Source: Tabrizicola sp.
Lineage (GTDB): Bacteria; Pseudomonadota; Alphaproteobacteria; Rhodobacterales; Rhodobacteraceae
Reading direction: 5' to 3'
Assembly (NCBI RefSeq): GCF_041911175.1
Contig: NZ_JAYRPN010000071.1
Location: 5,854 to 69,853 of the forward strand
Length of the DNA: 64,000 nt
Made by a program: the position numbers and the translations under genes. Numbering within the stretch: position 1 is the first letter of the stretch; every line of letters starts with the position of its first letter. Below the pieces are notes generated by a model. That model was not told the DNA's origin. It did no database searches and was given only the letters and a program-made list of their open reading frames with translations. Positions 29,653-38,038 of the stretch are shown one piece after another.

Positions 29653-32211
29653 CTAGTTTCGTCGAACGCGAGCAATAATCTGACCGAGTTCTCCAGACGC
29701 TTGGAGTTCCGGTGCAAACCCGTTCGCCAAGGCAACGGGCTGGCCGCTTGACAGCAAGGCACGCACATACGTCTCCGTCAGCGCGTTTACGTAAGACGGC
29801 CATATCGCTTCGTTGGAGGGCTGGCCCCGTGCTTCGTCAAGCTCTCTGACGGCCTGAGCTGCGGCCACCGACTCGCCGAAACTTGCCATCATCCGCCAAC
29901 GTTCGGCCTTAAGTTGAAACCGCTCTGGATCAAGTCTGATCGCTTGGTCCATACTCTCGATGGCAGCCGGAAAGTCTCCCGTGAACTCCGCTTCCTTTGC
30001 ATAGATTTCGAATGGCGCCGCATCCGCGCCGGGATGACGTTCTAAGTCGCCAAGTGCATTCTCGAATAGGCTGTCGATATTGTCCGGCACGGGGTCGTTC
30101 GATTTATCGCGACGAAACTTCCACTCCAGGTACACATTGGCGAGAGCACTCAAGCTGAAAACCGTGCGCTTCAAACCAACGTAAATTTTGGCGTAGCGCT
30201 CTGCCTTCTCGAAATCCGGTTTCCAGCTGGCCAGAATACACCTAACAAGCGGTCTATAAATGTACTCCAATCGTCGATTTTTGTCACGATTCAGAGAAAT
30301 CGCTCGCTCGTATGCCTTGATCGCTTCGGGGAAGTTGCGCTGATACTCGTGCAGATCGGCAGCCAGAAATGCAGCGATGGGTTTGCTCCGGTGGTCTGCT
30401 TCCAGCCTTGTGATGCAAGCTTCTGCTTCAGAGTATTTTCGCATTCTTGTCGCTGTCAAGCAAAAATAGCGATCAATCTCAACTTTAGACGCGTCGCGAA
30501 ACTCGGCACGACTGTCATGTGCTTTCTTGAGAAGCCGATAGGCAGGTTGCCATTTCCGTGCATGATAGAGCCTGATTCCGGCCTGAAACCAATGCGCTGC
30601 CGAAACAAAGGCGCCCAAGCTGTTCGGCAGACTGTCAACGCCGGATAGTAGCGCGGCGTTCACCCTTGCTTCGAGCCGGATGTACTCATGATTTCCCTCG
30701 TCCGAAACCGTTGTCATCTCAAAGGGACTCGCTGCGAATGCTTTCTGCGCCCCTGCGGCCCACTGCACAAGTTCTGGACGAATTAGTTGACGGTTCAAAC
30801 GACTAGCCAGCAAGGGAGTCAGTCGGTAGATGTCATCGGTTTCTCTTTCGACCAAGCCAAGATTCAGCAACCGGCTGAGCACGCGAATTATTGAGACTGA
30901 AGGTGTAACCGCCTTCTCTATGTCGACGATATGACACGGTGTGACATCATTCAGAAAGAGAAGCGTCTTCTGTGCATTCAGGTCATCGCGAAGCTGTGCA
31001 AAAGCCCACCGTACAAATGCAGTGATGCTCTCCGCCATCCGGTCGCCACGCTGTGCCAACATTGCCTCGACGTTGTCGAAACTGTCGATCCGGGCGGCGG
31101 ACCGGACGATACCCACAAGAAACCCGACGGTGCCGTTCGCTGCCAGCGCGACGCGCTTTACATCTTCGTCGCTCCAGCGAGACGGGTTTGTGTCAAAGTA
31201 GCCCACAAGTTCATAGCAAAAGTTTGTCATCTCCTCTTCACCCATGGTGGGCACTCGGAAGGCGACCATCTTCTCCGAGCATTTGATCAGCCTGGTGCCC
31301 GACAGAGGTTGCTGAGACAATACGAACAGTTTTGGTCTCGTAGCTGGAGAAAGTGCCAGCGAAACATCGTCCAACCACTCGGGAAGCTCAACCTCCTCTT
31401 GGATGATCCGACCGTGTCGAAGAATCAGATAATTTCCGGCCTGATATATACGTTCAATCGCTGTTGCTACTGCGGCGGTATCGCCTTCTGCAGTCCCTTG
31501 AAGTATGGCCTGCAATGTTTCCAGGTTCGCACCAAAAGCCTCGCTTTCTATCCTAAGCAGAAGCTGTCGAGGCAACGTTGCTTCATTGATCTCGATCACA
31601 ATGGCCGCACCGTTCGGGGTCAGATTGCGATTAAGGTCCGACACCAACCCTTCGCGGCCAACGCCATTGAATCCCGAAACCCAGCAGGCCGGTTGCAGGG
31701 TGAACCTGTCACGCTGGAGACTTTTGCGCAACGCACGAACAAGAGTGTCTCGCTGCATGCGGGGATGGTCTGACTGGAGGAGCGGCTCGGCTACGGAAGA
31801 GATGAGTGAAACTGCTTTTTGGACTGATGCATTCGCCTCGGAGGCTCGATAGTCAGCTAGGGGCCTGAGTGCTTCGAAAACTGGCTTCAAAGCTTCGTCC
31901 ATTCCGTCGCGCCAGGAAATCGGGTAATCGTCGAGGCGGGCGATCACCGGCTTCACCAAACCAAGTCGGTACAGTGAAGCTGCCTGTTCGATTTCGCGAA
32001 CGCAGCCGACGCTGCTTGGGTAGTTCCGCGACCAAAAGACTACAAATACTCGTGCTTTTGGCAGTTCTTGAAGCCCAATTTCATCCCACATATTGGCGCC
32101 GAGACGGCCAGTTTTTGAGTATAGGTAGACCCAATCTGACGGGAACGCCTCCCAGGCGCTCTCGGCAAATTCAATATCTTTTCCTGAGACTGAATAGAAC
32201 AATGGGTACAT
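29653..32211 (-). CDS. TIR - STAND-like NTPase (degenerate) - winged helix - TPR protein; NLR-like anti-phage candidate
   Basis: TIR pattern LFYSVSGKD...VFVVFWSRNY.SS.GCVREIEQA; Walker A-like GFNGVGRE; wHTH LSRLLNLGLVER...YRLTPLL; helical TPR-like C-terminus; spot-count GC about 40-60% vs ~68% in flanks. Confidence 0.75.
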   Translation of the reverse strand: MYPLFYSVSGKDIEFAESAWEAFPSDWVYLYSKTGRLGANMWDEIGLQELPKARVFVVFWSRNYPSSVGCVREIEQAASLYRLGLVKPVIARLDDYPISWRDGMDEALKPVFEALRPLADYRASEANASVQKAVSLISSVAEPLLQSDHPRMQRDTLVRALRKSLQRDRFTLQPACWVSGFNGVGREGLVSDLNRNLTPNGAAIVIEINEATLPRQLLLRIESEAFGANLETLQAILQGTAEGDTAAVATAIERIYQAGNYLILRHGRIIQEEVELPEWLDDVSLALSPATRPKLFVLSQQPLSGTRLIKCSEKMVAFRVPTMGEEEMTNFCYELVGYFDTNPSRWSDEDVKRVALAANGTVGFLVGIVRSAARIDSFDNVEAMLAQRGDRMAESITAFVRWAFAQLRDDLNAQKTLLFLNDVTPCHIVDIEKAVTPSVSIIRVLSRLLNLGLVERETDDIYRLTPLLASRLNRQLIRPELVQWAAGAQKAFAASPFEMTTVSDEGNHEYIRLEARVNAALLSGVDSLPNSLGAFVSAAHWFQAGIRLYHARKWQPAYRLLKKAHDSRAEFRDASKVEIDRYFCLTATRMRKYSEAEACITRLEADHRSKPIAAFLAADLHEYQRNFPEAIKAYERAISLNRDKNRRLEYIYRPLVRCILASWKPDFEKAERYAKIYVGLKRTVFSLSALANVYLEWKFRRDKSNDPVPDNIDSLFENALGDLERHPGADAAPFEIYAKEAEFTGDFPAAIESMDQAIRLDPERFQLKAERWRMMASFGESVAAAQAVRELDEARGQPSNEAIWPSYVNALTETYVRALLSSGQPVALANGFAPELQASGELGQIIARVRRN

Positions 32212-32278
32212 AGCTTCGGTGCTCCAACGCCAAGCGCCAGAGCAAAGCTATCGTGACCAGATCCGTTTGGGAAGTCCC

Positions 32279-33211
32279 TCACAACCTCCCCAACCGCTCC
32301 GTCAGGAGCCGGTAGAACCCCTCCCGGTCCACGCCGCCCATGAACATCGCGTTGGGCTCGCGACCCGTCACCCGCCACCAGTCGGCGACGGTCATGCCGA
32401 GGGTCAGCTCCGATCCCGTCTCGATCTCCACGTTGATGTGGCGGCCGTGGAAGAGGGCGGGCTCCAGGAGGTAGGCGATCACGCAGGGGTCGTGCAGGGG
32501 GGCGCCTTCGCTGCCATACTTGGCGGTGTCGAAGCGTTCGAAGAAGTCGGTCCAGCTGGCGACGGCCTGGCCGACGGGGGTGCCTAAGCTGCGCATCTCC
32601 TCCACCCACGCCCGCGAGGTCAGGGCCTTGTGGGTCACGTCCAAGGGCATGACCACAAGGAGAACGCCGGATTTGAACACGATGTCAGCGGCTTCCGGGT
32701 CGACATAGATGTTGAATTCGGCCGCCGGGGTGATGTTGCCGCCCTCGAAATAGCCACCGCCCATCAGGACGATCTCGGCCACCTTCGGCACGATGTCGGG
32801 GGCGCGGCGGAAGGCGGTGGCGATGTTGGTGAGCGGTCCGAGCGGGCAGAGGGTGATGCTGCCGGAAGGATGGGCGCGCAGCGTATCGATCAGGTAGTCG
32901 ACGGCGTGGCCGGGCTGCAGGGGATGGGTCGGCTCGGGCAGGGGAACGCCGTCCAGCCCGGTCTTGCCGTGGACATGCTCGGCGGTGACGAGCTTGCGGG
33001 TCATCGGCGCGTCGCAGCCGGCGTAGACCGGGGTGTCGCGACGGGCGAGTTCCACGATGACGCGGGCGTTCTTCTGGGTGAGGGGGAGCGGCACGTTGCC
33101 CGCGACGGCGGTGAGGGCGAGGACCTCAAGCTCCGGGCTGGCCAGCGCGAGGAGGATGGCGACGGCGTCGTCCTGGCCGGGGTCGGTGTCGATGATGATC
33201 TTGCGCGGCAT
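32279..33211 (-). CDS. Inosine/uridine-preferring nucleoside hydrolase
   Basis: IIIDTDPGQDDA, GNITPAAEFNIYVDPEAA, PLHDP. Confidence 0.94.
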   Translation of the reverse strand: MPRKIIIDTDPGQDDAVAILLALASPELEVLALTAVAGNVPLPLTQKNARVIVELARRDTPVYAGCDAPMTRKLVTAEHVHGKTGLDGVPLPEPTHPLQPGHAVDYLIDTLRAHPSGSITLCPLGPLTNIATAFRRAPDIVPKVAEIVLMGGGYFEGGNITPAAEFNIYVDPEAADIVFKSGVLLVVMPLDVTHKALTSRAWVEEMRSLGTPVGQAVASWTDFFERFDTAKYGSEGAPLHDPCVIAYLLEPALFHGRHINVEIETGSELTLGMTVADWWRVTGREPNAMFMGGVDREGFYRLLTERLGRL

Positions 33212-33302
33212 TGGGGTCTCCTTTCCGGGAAGGAGAGGGCGGCGAAGGGGATTTGTCCAGAGGGCGGCTTGTGGCAGGCTGGGGAAAACGGGGGGTGCCG
33301 CG

Positions 33303-34331
33303 ATGGAGATACTGGTCGGGACGACGAAGGGGCTGTTCGTGCTGGAGGACGGTCGGGTCGAGGGGCCGTTCTGCGAGGGCTGGCCGATCAACCACGCCAT
33401 CGGGCGCGGGGGCGAGATTTTCGCGGCGGGGGGCTCGGGCTGGCTCGGGGCCGGGGTGTGGCGGCGGGTCGGGGGCGAGTGGGCGGTGTCGAAGGGGCCG
33501 TTCGAGGGGGCGGAGCAGCTCTGGTCGCTGTGTCTGGATCGCGACCGGCTGCTGGCGGGGTCGAAGCCGGCCTATCTGTATGAGAGCCTCGATGGGGGCG
33601 GGACCTGGCGGCGGCTGGAGGCGCTGACCGACCAGCCGGGGGCGGACCAGTGGATGCCGGGGGCGGCGGGGCTGACGCTGCACACGATCCTTGCCGATCA
33701 GAAGGGGGGCCTCTGGGTGGGCATCTCGGCGGCGGGGGTGTTCGAGTCGCGCGACGGCGGCGCGAGTTGGGCGATGCGGAACCGGCGGGGGAACCGGGCG
33801 GGGCCGGCGGGGGCGCTCGCGCGGGACTGGGGGGACGGGGTGGAGTTCCGGCAGGAGGACGAGATTTTCTCCTGCGTCCACAACCTGGCCTTCGGGGCGG
33901 CGGAGGGGCTGATCTACATGCAGAACCACCAGGGGGTCTATCGGTCGCGCGACGGGGGCGCCGTCTGGGAGGAGGTGACGGAAGGGTTGCCCTCGACTTT
34001 CGGCTTCCCGGTGGCGGCGCATCCGTCGAAGCCCGGGGTGGCCTGGGTGTTCCCGCTGAACGGGGATTCGATCGGGCGCTATCCGGTGGAGGGGCGGGCG
34101 CTGGTCTGGAAGACGGAGGATGGCGGGGAAAGCTGGGCGGGGAAGGGCAAGGGACTGCCGGAGCGGGACTGCTTCTTCACGGTGCTGCGGCAGGGGATGG
34201 CCTCGACCGACGGCGGGGTGGCCTTCGGGACGAATTCGGGGTCGGTCTACCTCAGCCGGGACGAGGGGGAGAGCTGGGAGGAGGTCGCCAGGCATCTGCC
34301 GACGGTGTTGTCGGTGGAGTTCATGGGGTAG
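33303..34331 (+). CDS. BNR/Asp-box beta-propeller protein (WD40/YVTN/BNR-like, sialidase-like fold)
   Basis: ILVGTTKGLF start; repeated S.DGG.TW / SRDGG.SW / SRDEGESW Asp boxes. Confidence 0.85.
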   Translation: MEILVGTTKGLFVLEDGRVEGPFCEGWPINHAIGRGGEIFAAGGSGWLGAGVWRRVGGEWAVSKGPFEGAEQLWSLCLDRDRLLAGSKPAYLYESLDGGGTWRRLEALTDQPGADQWMPGAAGLTLHTILADQKGGLWVGISAAGVFESRDGGASWAMRNRRGNRAGPAGALARDWGDGVEFRQEDEIFSCVHNLAFGAAEGLIYMQNHQGVYRSRDGGAVWEEVTEGLPSTFGFPVAAHPSKPGVAWVFPLNGDSIGRYPVEGRALVWKTEDGGESWAGKGKGLPERDCFFTVLRQGMASTDGGVAFGTNSGSVYLSRDEGESWEEVARHLPTVLSVEFMG

Positions 34332-34332
34332 G

Positions 34333-34410
34333 TGTCCACGGTGGACAGAATTTTCGACGTAACGAAAACAATGCGTTATCCGTGGACGTTCAGGATTTGG
34401 AAAGGTTTCG
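34333..34410 (+). repeat. ~80-bp dispersed element, copy 4 (palindrome TGTCCACGGTGGACA at 34333-34347)
   Basis: Begins 2 nt after the BNR gene stop; shares 19 identical nt GTGGACGTTCAGGATTTGG with copy 1 at the same 49-bp offset. Confidence 0.8.
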
Positions 34411-34488
34411 AGGGCAGGGATTTCCGACCTGTTCCCCTGCGGTCGATGCGCTAGGGTCCCGCGCAGCCGGGTTTGCAGGGGGATCTTC

Positions 34489-34890
34489 ATGCATCTGCTT
34501 TTGTCGATTGCCCTTGTCGTCGGCGCCGCTTTCGGCAGCGCGTGGCTGGTGGACGGCTGGCTGGGCGAAGCGCGGCGCTTCTGGGTCGGGGTGGTGGGCG
34601 TCGGGCTGATGGTCGGCGGCGGAGCGCTGGTGCAGGCGAGCGGGATCGCGGAATTGACCCGTGTCTTGCGCAACGCGGTGGTCAGGGCCGGGATCGGCGC
34701 GGCGCAAGCCCGCGCCGGAGTGCGGCTGGGCTGGCTGCGGCGCGGGCTGCGCCGGGTGGGCGTGGAGACCGGGGCGACAGCGGAAGACGTGCCAGTGGTG
34801 TCGCGGTTTGGCGGCTGGCTGCTGACCCTGGGCTGGGCCGGGTCGCTGGTCGGGCTGGGGATGGTCTGGACGGGGATGTGCGGGGGGTGA
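34489..34890 (+). CDS. Hypothetical membrane protein (~3 TM)
   Basis: Hydrophobic segments and a SD-like GGGGGA before the ATG; no family recognised. Confidence 0.55.
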   Translation: MHLLLSIALVVGAAFGSAWLVDGWLGEARRFWVGVVGVGLMVGGGALVQASGIAELTRVLRNAVVRAGIGAAQARAGVRLGWLRRGLRRVGVETGATAEDVPVVSRFGGWLLTLGWAGSLVGLGMVWTGMCGG

Positions 34891-34995
34891 TCCGAACCGG
34901 CGGACCGGGAAAAACCCGAAGCCTTCCACAATCGTGCCCATTTGGCCTGATCTGGTCCGGGATATGCCACTGGCTCTGCCACCAGGAGAAACGAC

Positions 34996-36429
34996 GTGCG
35001 CGCGCTGATCCTTGTCCTGCTTCTGGTCCTGCCCAGCGGGCCGCTGTCGGCCTATACCGCCGAGGAACTGGGTCAGGAATTCGACGCCCGCCAGCTGACC
35101 GAGCAGGAGAAGCGCTTCCTGCAGGTCGGGCTGGCCTTTGGCAGCTTTTATAACGGCATGATCGACGGGGCCTGGGGTCAGGCCAGCCAGCGGGCGCTGG
35201 AGCGCTACACGCTGGCCAATGGCGGCACATCAATCGTGACCAACGCGGATGCGCTCTTCGCGGCGCTCGACGCCTATGAGGCGCTTGATGCGGAAGGCTG
35301 GGAGCGGCAGTACAACTCGGCGCTGGACATGTCGTTCCTGGTTCCGACCGCCGCCCTGATCGACGGCACGCCGTCAGATGTCTTCGTCAACTTGAACGTG
35401 CGGGGCCGGTCGATTGGCTATTCGATGACCATCGACAATGGCCGCGCGGCACAAGGGTATCACGAATACACGGCGGGCAGGGCCATCGGAGAGGTCTACA
35501 CGCTGCGCCGCCCGCTGTTGTGGATCACCTCGGCGCGGACCTCGGGCGGGATCAGCCTTTACACCAGATCGGATTACCGGGGCGGCAGCTGGTCGACACT
35601 GATGATCGCCGGAGCCGACAGCGATTCCGGGGCCTTTGCCGCCATCACCGGAAGCATCGCGCCGGGCTATGCCCCGGCCATCGGAGTTTCTTCCGGACGA
35701 CTGGCCACCGGGATCGAGACATTGGCCCGGATCATGGACGAGCGGGACAGGCCGGACCCGACGCCTTCGGCACGCGCTCCCGACACGGGCGGGGAAACGG
35801 TGGCGGCCTCCGGCCCCCATGCGGCGGGGTTCGGGACCGGGTTCATCGTGTCCGAGGACGGCTATCTGCTGACGAACCAGCATGTCGTCTCGGGCTGCGC
35901 CAGCTTGTCGGTGGATGGCGAACCGGCCAGCGTGGTGGCGGAAGATGCGGTCTTCGACCTGGCCCTGTTGCGGGTGCCTGCCCTGTCGCACGCCAAACCG
36001 GCCAGCTTTGCCGCCGATCCGGCGCGGCTGAATTCGGACGTCACGGTGGCGGGCTATCCGCTGCCCGACCTGCTCGGCGGCCTGAACGTGACCCGCGGGT
36101 CGGTCACCAGCCTGAAGGGGATGGGCGGCGACGGCATCAACATGCAGATCTCGGCCCCGGTCCAGCCGGGCAATTCGGGCGGGCCGGTGCTGAATGCGGC
36201 GGGTCAGGTTGTCGGGGTGGTGGTGGCCAAGCTGGATATCGCCTATGCGCTCAAGGCTTACGATGACATTCCGCAGAACGTGAACTTCGCGATACGCGGC
36301 GAGATCGCCAAGCTGTTCCTGGCGCAAAACGGGGTCGATCCGGTGATCGGCGGGGCAGGGCCGGGGATGGCGCCGGAGACGCTTGCCGATCTGGCCGCAG
36401 GCTTCACGCGGTTGATTGCCTGCAATTGA
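34996..36429 (+). CDS. Secreted trypsin-like serine protease with an N-terminal peptidoglycan-binding-like domain
   Basis: Signal peptide; FLQ..L...Y.G.IDG.WG..S..AL motif; triad TNQHVV / DLALL / PGNSGGP. Confidence 0.88.
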   Translation: MRALILVLLLVLPSGPLSAYTAEELGQEFDARQLTEQEKRFLQVGLAFGSFYNGMIDGAWGQASQRALERYTLANGGTSIVTNADALFAALDAYEALDAEGWERQYNSALDMSFLVPTAALIDGTPSDVFVNLNVRGRSIGYSMTIDNGRAAQGYHEYTAGRAIGEVYTLRRPLLWITSARTSGGISLYTRSDYRGGSWSTLMIAGADSDSGAFAAITGSIAPGYAPAIGVSSGRLATGIETLARIMDERDRPDPTPSARAPDTGGETVAASGPHAAGFGTGFIVSEDGYLLTNQHVVSGCASLSVDGEPASVVAEDAVFDLALLRVPALSHAKPASFAADPARLNSDVTVAGYPLPDLLGGLNVTRGSVTSLKGMGGDGINMQISAPVQPGNSGGPVLNAAGQVVGVVVAKLDIAYALKAYDDIPQNVNFAIRGEIAKLFLAQNGVDPVIGGAGPGMAPETLADLAAGFTRLIACN

Positions 36430-36457
36430 AAAGAGCGCGCCCTGGGGCGCGCTCTTT
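36430..36457. terminator. Bidirectional intrinsic terminator
   Basis: aaagagcgcgccc-tg-gggcgcgctcttt between convergent genes. Confidence 0.8.
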
Positions 36458-36462
36458 CTGGA

Positions 36463-36484
36463 GTCGGGCTGAAGCCCGACCTAC
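36463..36484 (-). repeat. GTAG-type REP (GTAGGTCGGGCTTCAGCCCGAC)
   Basis: GTAG tetranucleotide followed by a GC-rich palindrome, the canonical REP architecture. Confidence 0.75.
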
Positions 36485-36492
36485 GGGTGGGA

Positions 36493-37491
36493 TCACCCGT
36501 CGAAGTCGACCGTTTCCATGATCTTCAGCGCCGCGGCGCGGGCCTTGGCGATGTCGGCGAGCGGCGTGGTGTCGGCGGTGAACTCGCCCCAGCTCTTCAC
36601 CAGAGCGGAGCGTTCGACCCCGGCCTTGACCGGGAATTCGTAGTTCGTCTCGGCATAGATCTTCTGCGCCTCGTCCGAAGTCAGCCATTCCATGAATTTC
36701 AGCGCGTTTTCCTTGTTCGGGGCGGATTTGGTCATCGCCACGCCCGAGATGTTCAGGTGCGTGCCGCCGCCCTCGAAGGTCGGGAAGATGATCGAGACCT
36801 GCTCGGCGGCGTCCTTCTCCTCGGGGTTCGCGAGCATCTGGCCGATGTAGTAGGTGTTCCCCAGCGCGATGTCGCATTCGCCCGCCGCGATGGCCTTGGC
36901 CTGGTCGCGGTCGCCGCCGTCGGGCTTGCGGGCGAGGTTGGCCTTCAGGCCCTCGGCCCATTTCGTCGCATAGGCCTCGTCATGGTGGACGATCATCGCC
37001 CCCAGAAGCGCGATGTTGTAGTCGGCCAGTCCCGACCGGGTGCAGAGCCGCCCCTTCCACTTGTCCGAGGCGAGGTCCTCGTAGGTGGTCACTTCGCCGG
37101 GCTTCACGCGGTCCTTCGAGGCATAGACGACGCGGGCGCGCGAGGTGAGGCCGAACCAGTGGTCCTCGGGGTCGCGCAGTTCGGCGGGGATGTTGGCTTC
37201 CAGCACGTCGGACTGGACGGCTTGCGTGACGCCCGCGTCGACGATCTGCATCAGTCGCGCGATGTCGACGGTGAGGACGAGATCGGCGGGGGAACGGTCG
37301 CCCTCGGCTTGCAGGCGCTCGGCCATGCCCTTGTCGACGAAAGCCACGTTGACGGTGATGCCGGTGTCCTTGGTGAAGGCGTCGACAAGCGGCTGGATCA
37401 GCTCGGGCTGGCGGTGGGAATAGACGTTGATTTCCTGCGCGAAGGCCGGAACCGAGGCGGCGAGGAGAGCAAGGGTCGAGAGGCGCAGCAT
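36493..37491 (-). CDS. Fe(III) ABC transporter substrate-binding protein (FutA/FbpA-like)
   Basis: INVYSHRQ, EGDRSPADL, WFGLTSRAR, GNTYY, HLNISG, NYEFPV. Confidence 0.92.
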   Translation of the reverse strand: MLRLSTLALLAASVPAFAQEINVYSHRQPELIQPLVDAFTKDTGITVNVAFVDKGMAERLQAEGDRSPADLVLTVDIARLMQIVDAGVTQAVQSDVLEANIPAELRDPEDHWFGLTSRARVVYASKDRVKPGEVTTYEDLASDKWKGRLCTRSGLADYNIALLGAMIVHHDEAYATKWAEGLKANLARKPDGGDRDQAKAIAAGECDIALGNTYYIGQMLANPEEKDAAEQVSIIFPTFEGGGTHLNISGVAMTKSAPNKENALKFMEWLTSDEAQKIYAETNYEFPVKAGVERSALVKSWGEFTADTTPLADIAKARAAALKIMETVDFDG

Positions 37492-37664
37492 TGGCTGACT
37501 CCTTTTGTCGGGTTTATGCGGCGCTTAAACCTGAGTCTTTCACTTTGGTCAACCGGGAAACTGTCGCGGTGGTTGCCCGATGGCAACCATCGGTCGATTT
37601 CCGCAGGCGCGGGATTGACCCGTTGCCTTCGACCGGCCAGGTAGGATCGGCGAGGCCACGTCCT

Positions 37665-37718
37665 CCCCCTTTGGCAGGGTCGATGTCCGGGACGGCCCGG
37701 CGGTTCGACAGAAGGGGG
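37665..37718 (+). promoter_or_regulatory. Candidate guanidine-II (mini-ykkC)-like leader: ACGG tetraloop hairpin inside an RBS-sequestering stem
   Basis: CCGGG-ACGG-CCCGG at 37687-37700; GTCGA/TCGAC and CCCCCTT/AAGGGGG outer stems cover the RBS of a Gdx-type SMR gene. Confidence 0.45.
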
Positions 37719-37723
37719 CTGCA

Positions 37724-38038
37724 ATGGCCTGGGTTTCGCTGTTTTTCGCCGGAGTGTTCGAGATCGTCTGGGCCTGGGCCATGAAGGCCTCGGACGGGTT
37801 CACCAGGCCCTGGGCGGTGGTGCTGATGCTGGTGACGATGGGCCTGAGCTTCGCGCTGCTGGCCCATGCGATGCGGGTGCTGCCGCTGGGGACGGCCTAT
37901 GCGATCTGGACCGGGATCGGGGCGCTGGGGGCGTTCGGCGTGGGGATCGTGGTGCTGGGCGAACCGGCGACGGCGCTGCGGATGCTGGCGGCGGGGCTGA
38001 TCCTGTCGGGGATCGTGCTGATGAAGCTCGCGACCTAG
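37724..38038 (+). CDS. sugE: SMR-family exporter, Gdx/SugE subtype
   Basis: AGVFEIVWAWAMKASDGFT and LPLGTAYAIWTGIG signatures. Confidence 0.88.
   Translation: MAWVSLFFAGVFEIVWAWAMKASDGFTRPWAVVLMLVTMGLSFALLAHAMRVLPLGTAYAIWTGIGALGAFGVGIVVLGEPATALRMLAAGLILSGIVLMKLAT

Noticed and set aside
1358-34347. Reading the TGTCCACNGTGGACA copies as a CRISPR array or integron attC array
   Set aside because: Copies are kilobases apart and in both orientations, and there are no cas or integron-integrase genes and no RYYYAAC/GTTRRRY ends
33126-34982. Long antisense or alternative-frame ORFs (e.g. 33126-34982, 51784-53979, 60415-62613, 39744-41405, 44837-46438)
   Set aside because: Shadow ORFs of well-supported genes in high-GC DNA; Pro/Arg-rich with no recognisable motifs
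37526-37552. Possible iron-responsive box upstream of the Fe(III)-binding protein gene
   Set aside because: Only loose TGA...TCA symmetry; does not fit Iron-Rhodo, IRO or ICE consensus well enough to call
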